Assembly (NCBI GenBank): GCA_030167145.1
Contig: CP126532.1
Location: forward strand, 3,630,001 to 3,662,000
Direction of reading: 5' to 3'
Origin: Ktedonobacterales bacterium
GTDB lineage: Bacteria > Chloroflexota > Ktedonobacteria > Ktedonobacterales > JADMIN01
Length of the DNA stretch: 32,000 nt
The notes beneath the pieces are model-generated. The model did not search any database, was not told the origin of the DNA, and saw nothing but the letters and a program-made list of their open reading frames with translations. Of this stretch, positions 9,031 through 13,820 are shown piece after piece; positions within the stretch are counted from its first letter, which is position 1, and the number at the start of each line of letters is the position of its first letter. Both the position numbers and the translations under genes were made by a program.

Positions 9031-10020
9031 ATTCGCTTTCTCACAATGCCCACAGTGGCTACACGTGCGGCTGGTGTTGCGCGGGTCCACCAAGACCACG
9101 CGCACGCCTGCCAGTTGCGCCTTGTAGGCAATGAAGGCGCGCAACTGCGCGAAAGCCCAGGAATGCAGCACTCTCCGTTGGCGTTTGCCCGTAACCGTTT
9201 GCTTCGCGCGGATCCGTTCGCGGATGTGCTTGAGGTCTTCAAGCGCAATCCCACGCGAAGTGCCTTTTGCCGTGCTGACCATGGCCTTCGAGAGACAATG
9301 ATTCACATCCTTGACGAAGCGCCGTTCGCGTCCGCTGCGCTTCTTGAGCAGCCGTTTCGCGCTCTTGGTGCCCTTCTTTTGGAGCTTGGCGCGGAAGCGG
9401 CTGTAGCGGGCGCGGACCTGATTGACATGGGCGTGCTTGGGACCGGTGGAGTAGTTCAAGAACTCGCCATCACTGGTGGCCGCCAGGGCGATGATGCCCA
9501 AATCTATGCCCAGGTAGTCTGCTGGTTCCTCTGGTGTCGGCTCAGGCGCATCCACTGTCACAGACAGAAAGAAGGTGGCGCTGCGCTTGCAATACAACAG
9601 GTCCGCTTGCCCGCGCATGCGTTCCAACCGGCCAGCAGCATACGCGCCGAAGCGGAACGGAATGTCCGCCCGCCCGTCCAGTGTCAAGAGCGAGATGCGG
9701 CCTGGCCCCGTAAAGCGGCAAATACGCTCGTCATAGACCATGGCGCCGTGCGGGCGAAAGTGCGGTTGTATCGTCCGGTCGCGCTTGTACGCTTCCACCA
9801 CTTTGGCGATGGCGCGAATGGTCATCTGCGACGACAAGCCGAACCGCTCGCGGATGTCATAGTAGACCAGTTTTTGCAGGTCCACTTTGTTGGCGCACTG
9901 CTCGGCAAACGCGGTGGCCGCCATGTCATTGCAGGCGGCGTTGAATGTTTCCAGCGTCCGCACCAGCGCAGCGCGCTGTTCGGGCGTCGGGGTGAGTTTG
10001 ACGAGCAGCGTTTGTTTCAT
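8902..10020 (-). CDS. tnpB: TnpB (OrfB) RNA-guided endonuclease of an IS200/IS605-family element
   Basis: Start taken at ATG 10020 (MKQTLLVKLTPTPEQ..., typical TnpB N-terminus; the track ORF extends to 10173). RuvC triad candidates are GIDLGI (D), IALEDL (E) and SAHADLNAAVNI (D). Zn finger CSHCGHC...CVVCG. Confidence 0.9.
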   Translation of the reverse strand: MKQTLLVKLTPTPEQRAALVRTLETFNAACNDMAATAFAEQCANKVDLQKLVYYDIRERFGLSSQMTIRAIAKVVEAYKRDRTIQPHFRPHGAMVYDERICRFTGPGRISLLTLDGRADIPFRFGAYAAGRLERMRGQADLLYCKRSATFFLSVTVDAPEPTPEEPADYLGIDLGIIALAATSDGEFLNYSTGPKHAHVNQVRARYSRFRAKLQKKGTKSAKRLLKKRSGRERRFVKDVNHCLSKAMVSTAKGTSRGIALEDLKHIRERIRAKQTVTGKRQRRVLHSWAFAQLRAFIAYKAQLAGVRVVLVDPRNTSRTCSHCGHCEKANRKSQAKFLCVVCGFSAHADLNAAVNIGRRAAVIPPDVAPRAG

Positions 10021-10069
10021 ACAGGCAGTGTACCATAGATTGAGGATACACGTCAGTTGGATCGTATCG

Positions 10070-10093
10070 CCTGTCGGCCTGTCGGCCTGTCGG
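10070..10093. repeat. Tandem 8-mer CCTGTCGG x3 inside the IS left end, between the LE hairpin and the tnpB start
   Basis: Three perfect consecutive copies read directly (10070-77, 10078-85, 10086-93). Confidence 0.9.
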
Positions 10094-10107
10094 CGGGGCG
10101 CATTCCC

Positions 10108-10128
10108 CCCCATGCCTGAAGGCAGGGG
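10108..10128 (-). repeat. Candidate left-end (LE) subterminal hairpin of the IS
   Basis: Plus strand CCCCATGCCTGAAGGCAGGGG: 8-bp stem, TGAA loop, bulged A at 10112. Same orientation and architecture as the 8875-8894 hairpin, as expected for IS200/IS605 ends. Confidence 0.6.
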
Positions 10129-10209
10129 CATCCTGCGCCATTTCTGGTGAACGAGTACACACGAGGGAATCACGTGTGCCTAGGAGCGTTGCAGAGTCGG
10201 AGGAGACGC

Positions 10210-11505
10210 ATGTCACAACTCACCTTGGCTACGTTGGCCGCGCTGCTCGGCTGGATTGCCCTCATTGCTTACGCCGTCCTCGGTGGCGCGGACTTCGGCG
10301 GTGGCATCTGGGATCTCTTCGCCCGTGGAAGAACCGCCGCCCGCGAGCGCAGCGCCATTGCCGGCGCCATGGGTCCGGTGTGGGAATCGAATAACATCTG
10401 GCTCATCTTTGTGCTCGTCATCACCTGGACCGCCTTCCCCATCGTCTACGCCAGCGTTTCAACAGCCCTCTTCATTCCGATCACCTTTGCGCTCATCGGC
10501 ATTGTGCTGCGCGGCGCGTCGTTCAGTTTTCGCTCCCATTACGGCATGCGTGTGGGGGCTGGCGTGGCATGGGGGCACGTCTTCAGCACGGCAAGCATCA
10601 TCACACCGTTTCTGCTCGGCACAGTGGCGGGTGCGCTGGCCGGTGGGATGATCCACGTGTCAGGCTCTCCCGCCCAGGTGCAAGCAAACCTCTGGACCAC
10701 CTGGACCACGCCTTTTGCGCTCGCCTGCGGGGCCTTCGCGGTTGCGCTCTGCGCGGTACTTGCCGCCACCTATCTGACGGTAGACAGCCACAACAATGGC
10801 GACCTGCTCCTGGCTGAGCGTTTTCGGCAGCGCGCCATCATCGCGGGCGCCGTGACGGCGGCTGTGGGGGTGCTGGCGGCAGTGCTGTCGAGCTTCCAGG
10901 CGCCAGTGCTCTGGCATGGGTTGATTGGCAAGGCGCTCCCGTTCTCGTTGGGCGCGATCCTGCTCGGTCTGGCGACTGCCGTGGCGCTGCTGCGCAATGC
11001 CTATGCGGCGGCTCGCATACTGGTGGCTGCGGGGACCGTGTTCATTTTCGCTGCCTGGGGTGTGGCCCAGTGGCCGTACTTCATCGTACCAGATGTGACC
11101 GTAGACAACGCCGCCAGCCCTTCATCGGTGCTGGGGCCACTGTTGATCGTCGCCCTGCTGGGTTTGATCCTGGTGCTGCCTGTGCTCTGGTATCTGTTCT
11201 CCATCTTCAAAGGCCCTGGCACACGCACTGGGCCAGCCACCGGCCCCCACGCTACGACGGCATCCTTCGTGGCATCGCTGCAACCCGCGAGCACATCCGA
11301 CCAGCCAAGCACGAGCGCCATGTCAGCCGCGCCAGTGCAGCCGTCCTCGGTCTCAGGCGGAGCAGTGCGCCAACAAGTGATACCAGTGCTCGCCTTCTCG
11401 CTCGCCGTCGCCGCCGCGACATTCATCACCGCTCTCTATGATGCCGTGCGCAATCGCGCCGGGTCGCGCTCGCGACACAGCCGCACGGAAGCGCCTTCTC
11501 CCTGA
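10210..11505 (+). CDS. cydB: Cytochrome bd ubiquinol oxidase subunit II with a roughly 95-aa C-terminal extension
   Basis: GGAGGAG at 10199-10205, then ATG 10210 (the track ORF starts at 10147). N-terminus LIAYAVLGGADFGGGIWDL is typical of CydB, with about 8-9 TM helices. The core ends near YLFSIFKG; a low-complexity linker and one extra predicted TM helix follow. Confidence 0.9.
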   Translation: MSQLTLATLAALLGWIALIAYAVLGGADFGGGIWDLFARGRTAARERSAIAGAMGPVWESNNIWLIFVLVITWTAFPIVYASVSTALFIPITFALIGIVLRGASFSFRSHYGMRVGAGVAWGHVFSTASIITPFLLGTVAGALAGGMIHVSGSPAQVQANLWTTWTTPFALACGAFAVALCAVLAATYLTVDSHNNGDLLLAERFRQRAIIAGAVTAAVGVLAAVLSSFQAPVLWHGLIGKALPFSLGAILLGLATAVALLRNAYAAARILVAAGTVFIFAAWGVAQWPYFIVPDVTVDNAASPSSVLGPLLIVALLGLILVLPVLWYLFSIFKGPGTRTGPATGPHATTASFVASLQPASTSDQPSTSAMSAAPVQPSSVSGGAVRQQVIPVLAFSLAVAAATFITALYDAVRNRAGSRSRHSRTEAPSP

Positions 11506-11545
11506 GGGCGTATCTTCAACTAGCTAAGACGAGGTGCGAACAGTC

Positions 11546-12505
11546 ATGAATCAACAGCAAACGGGCCAGAAGCGCGACCACCAAATTGCAGTCAGCGCCG
11601 ACGAATTCAACGCTCTTTTCGCGACCGTGTCGCGCTGGGGGCGGTGGGGTGAGCACGATCAGCGTGGTGCGCTGCACTATCTCACATCCGGCAGTATGCT
11701 CGCGGCGATTCGGCTCGTTCGTGAGGGGGTGAGCATCTCGCTGAGCCTGCCGCTGAATACGCATCCTGCCGCCGACAATCCTGATCCTGCCGTCCACTAT
11801 ATGACGATGCTCAGCGACACTGATATTGGCTCAGGATCGCTGCGTTTTGCCAAAGACTACGTTGGCGTGGACTACCACAACGACGGCCACACGCACATTG
11901 ACGCCTTGTGTCACGTGGCCTATCGGGGGTCACTGTACAACGCCAGGTCAGAGGGGAGCGTTACATCGCAGGGAGCGACGATCAATACGATTGGCGCCCT
12001 CAAAGATGGCCTTATTGGACGAGGCGTCTTGCTCGACATTCCGCGCTTGCGCGGTGTGCGCTGGCTTGAGCCTGGCGAGCACATCTTTCGAGAGGACTTC
12101 GAAGCAGCAGAGCGTGAGCAAGGGGTTACGGTCGGTGAAGGCGACATCTTGCTGGTGCGCACTGGACATGCCCAACGCCTTCACGAGCTTGGGCCATGGG
12201 ACACCGCGAACGCCAAGGCGGGTCTGCATCCCAGTGCCATGCCATTCATCGCTGAGCGCAGCGTCGCTGCGCTCGGCTCGGACGGAAACAGTGATACCGC
12301 GCCCAGCAGCACTGTAGGCGTCACGTTCCCCATCCATGTCCTGGCTATCAACGCGATGGGTGTCCACTTGTTGGACTATTTGCAGTTTGAGGAACTCCGA
12401 GTGGCATGTGAACGGGCCAAACGCTGGGAGTTTTTCTTCGTCTCCGCGCCGCTACGTATTGTCGGGGGAACTGGCTCCCCCATCAACCCAATCGCGATTC
12501 TGTGA
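11546..12505 (+). CDS. Cyclase-family protein (kynurenine formamidase-like, PF04199-type)
   Basis: GAGG at 11531-11534 and ATG 11546 (alternative GTG 11534). Metal-binding motif HNDGHTHIDALCH and the later GSDGNSD are consistent with the putative-cyclase family. Confidence 0.8.
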   Translation: MNQQQTGQKRDHQIAVSADEFNALFATVSRWGRWGEHDQRGALHYLTSGSMLAAIRLVREGVSISLSLPLNTHPAADNPDPAVHYMTMLSDTDIGSGSLRFAKDYVGVDYHNDGHTHIDALCHVAYRGSLYNARSEGSVTSQGATINTIGALKDGLIGRGVLLDIPRLRGVRWLEPGEHIFREDFEAAEREQGVTVGEGDILLVRTGHAQRLHELGPWDTANAKAGLHPSAMPFIAERSVAALGSDGNSDTAPSSTVGVTFPIHVLAINAMGVHLLDYLQFEELRVACERAKRWEFFFVSAPLRIVGGTGSPINPIAIL

Positions 12506-12506
12506 C

Positions 12507-13415
12507 TTAGCTCCCCACGCGCTGCGCGCGCCAGTAGCGCCGGTTGCCCAGTGCGTCCCCCGGCTCATTGGCCGAGGTCACGACCCAGCCCGCGTGGTGC
12601 AAATGATTCAGCGCCTCCAGCACCAGGAATGGCCGCGCCGCCTCGACGGCATCCGGGAAGCGTGCGCGCAACATCTCCTGCACCTCGCTGAGCGTCAGGC
12701 CACCCGCTTCCGGCAGCACCGCATAGACCTGATCGGCCAGCCAGTGCTGCGCCTCCCAGCGCCCCTCCTGTTCGGGCGCGGGCTGCGATGGCATCGGCCC
12801 CTGCGACATGCGCGCCGTCGTGGGTGCGCCCGGATGCGGTGACGACACTAGCGGCGTAGATGGATGCACGAAGCGAATCGCAAACGTACAAACCGCATCG
12901 CCGCGCTTCATGCACGTTTGCTCGCTCACCAGCACACGCTCCCCGTAGCGAATCCCCGCCCCCTCAATCGCGCCATGCAGCAGCGAGCAGAGCTTGCGCG
13001 GGCTATCGTAATACAAATACATCCCCGTGGGATCGCCTGTCGTCTCTCCATACCCGAAGAGCGGCGGCCTGATACCCTCGCTCGCCTGGCTCATCTGCTC
13101 ATGCGCCTGGCTCATCATCAGCAACAGATCGCGTCCCCCATGCACCTGGTTCAGCAGATACATGCAGAGGCGGCTCGTCAGCCCATTGAGGATGAAATAG
13201 CGGCCATACTCTAGCAACAGCGTATCCACATCGGCCCGTGTGAGGCGGCTGGCCACCGCGACACCCGCCAGCAGGCGCTCATCTTCGTACACGCGGCTCG
13301 CCAGGGGCGCGTCCGACGCCGATTCGCCGATCCGCTGGCGATAGTCGGCGAGCAGCGACGTCCCAAAACGCTCAGCCAGATACTTCTCCCACGTGACGAA
13401 GACGAGTCCGTGCAT
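12507..13415 (-). CDS. H-NOX (haem NO/O2-binding) domain protein with Pro-rich linker and C-terminal winged-helix-like domain
   Basis: Aligns by eye to Tt H-NOX and sGC beta1. N-terminal MHGLVFVTWEKYL (Trp9). LLLMMSQAHEQM with His105 (codon 13101-13103). GIRPPLF. Y136-D-S138-P-R140 (YxSxR haem-propionate motif). LHGAIEG. Residues about 215-302 (LTLSEVQEML...LEALNHLHHAGWVVTSANEPGDALGNRRYW) look like a winged helix. Confidence 0.85.
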   Translation of the reverse strand: MHGLVFVTWEKYLAERFGTSLLADYRQRIGESASDAPLASRVYEDERLLAGVAVASRLTRADVDTLLLEYGRYFILNGLTSRLCMYLLNQVHGGRDLLLMMSQAHEQMSQASEGIRPPLFGYGETTGDPTGMYLYYDSPRKLCSLLHGAIEGAGIRYGERVLVSEQTCMKRGDAVCTFAIRFVHPSTPLVSSPHPGAPTTARMSQGPMPSQPAPEQEGRWEAQHWLADQVYAVLPEAGGLTLSEVQEMLRARFPDAVEAARPFLVLEALNHLHHAGWVVTSANEPGDALGNRRYWRAQRVGS

Positions 13416-13625
13416 GTGTTCTCCCCCGACATCATCTCTACACGAGGACTCCTATCCCCTCCCACAAAATCCTTGGCTAACACTATCGCACTACGATGCG
13501 CAACACAGCAATTTCATCCCCCAAAATGGAGGGGTATGAGGCAAATAAAGCCCCTTGTTGGCCACCACGAATGAGCGGTAGAGTGCGAAAGCGCATCGGA
13601 ACATACCCTGAGAAACGGAACTGAT

Positions 13626-13820
13626 ATGCGACTAACGGTTGTGCTTGAGCCAAGCGACGAGGGCGGCTACACGGTCTATGTGCCCGTGCTGCCCGGCTGT
13701 ATTAGCGAGGGTGAGACAGCCGAAGAAGCCCTGCAGAATATTCGCGAAGCCATAGACCTCTACTTGGAGCCATCAGTGCGCCATGAAATCGCGCCAGAAG
13801 ATGAACACCCGCTCGCGTAG
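13626..13820 (+). CDS. HicB-like (UPF0150) antitoxin-family small protein, no HicA partner seen
   Basis: MRLTVVLEPSDEGGYTVYVPVLPGCISEGETAEEALQNIREAIDLYLE matches the HicB N-terminal domain consensus as I recall it. The 3' 48 nt overlap the convergent recG end. Confidence 0.65.
   Translation: MRLTVVLEPSDEGGYTVYVPVLPGCISEGETAEEALQNIREAIDLYLEPSVRHEIAPEDEHPLA

Larger units (their letters stand above)
8865..10147 (-). mobile_element. IS200/IS605-family, tnpB-only (IS1341-like, no tnpA) element inserted antisense at the cydA-cydB junction; ends approximate
   Basis: Contains an intact tnpB. It is bounded by two near-identical directly oriented bulged hairpins (8875-8894 and 10108-10128). It interrupts two genes that are normally adjacent or overlapping. 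The end coordinates are extrapolated from IS608-like geometry and are only approximate. Confidence 0.7.

Noticed and set aside
8803-10038. 411-aa plus-strand ORF across the cydA-cydB gap
   Set aside because: It is the antisense shadow of tnpB, which is common at this GC content. It has no recognisable motifs and an Arg/Ala/Leu-rich composition, whereas the minus-strand frame has complete TnpB motifs.
10158-10178. Hairpin CACACG-agggaatca-CGTGTG as the IS left-end hairpin
   Set aside because: It has no counterpart at the right end, whereas the 10108-10128 hairpin matches the 8875-8894 hairpin 16/20. It is more likely native cydA-cydB intergenic structure just upstream of the cydB RBS.
8865-10210. 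A tnpA (Y1 HUH transposase) partner for tnpB
   Set aside because: There is no room for it. The element contains only tnpB plus about 130 nt of left end, and no HUH or catalytic-Tyr ORF occurs elsewhere in the window.
13416-13625. A hicA toxin gene upstream of the HicB-like ORF
   Set aside because: All three forward frames were translated by eye and nothing resembles the HicA/YcfA fold motifs. Only an unrelated 42-aa ORF is present.
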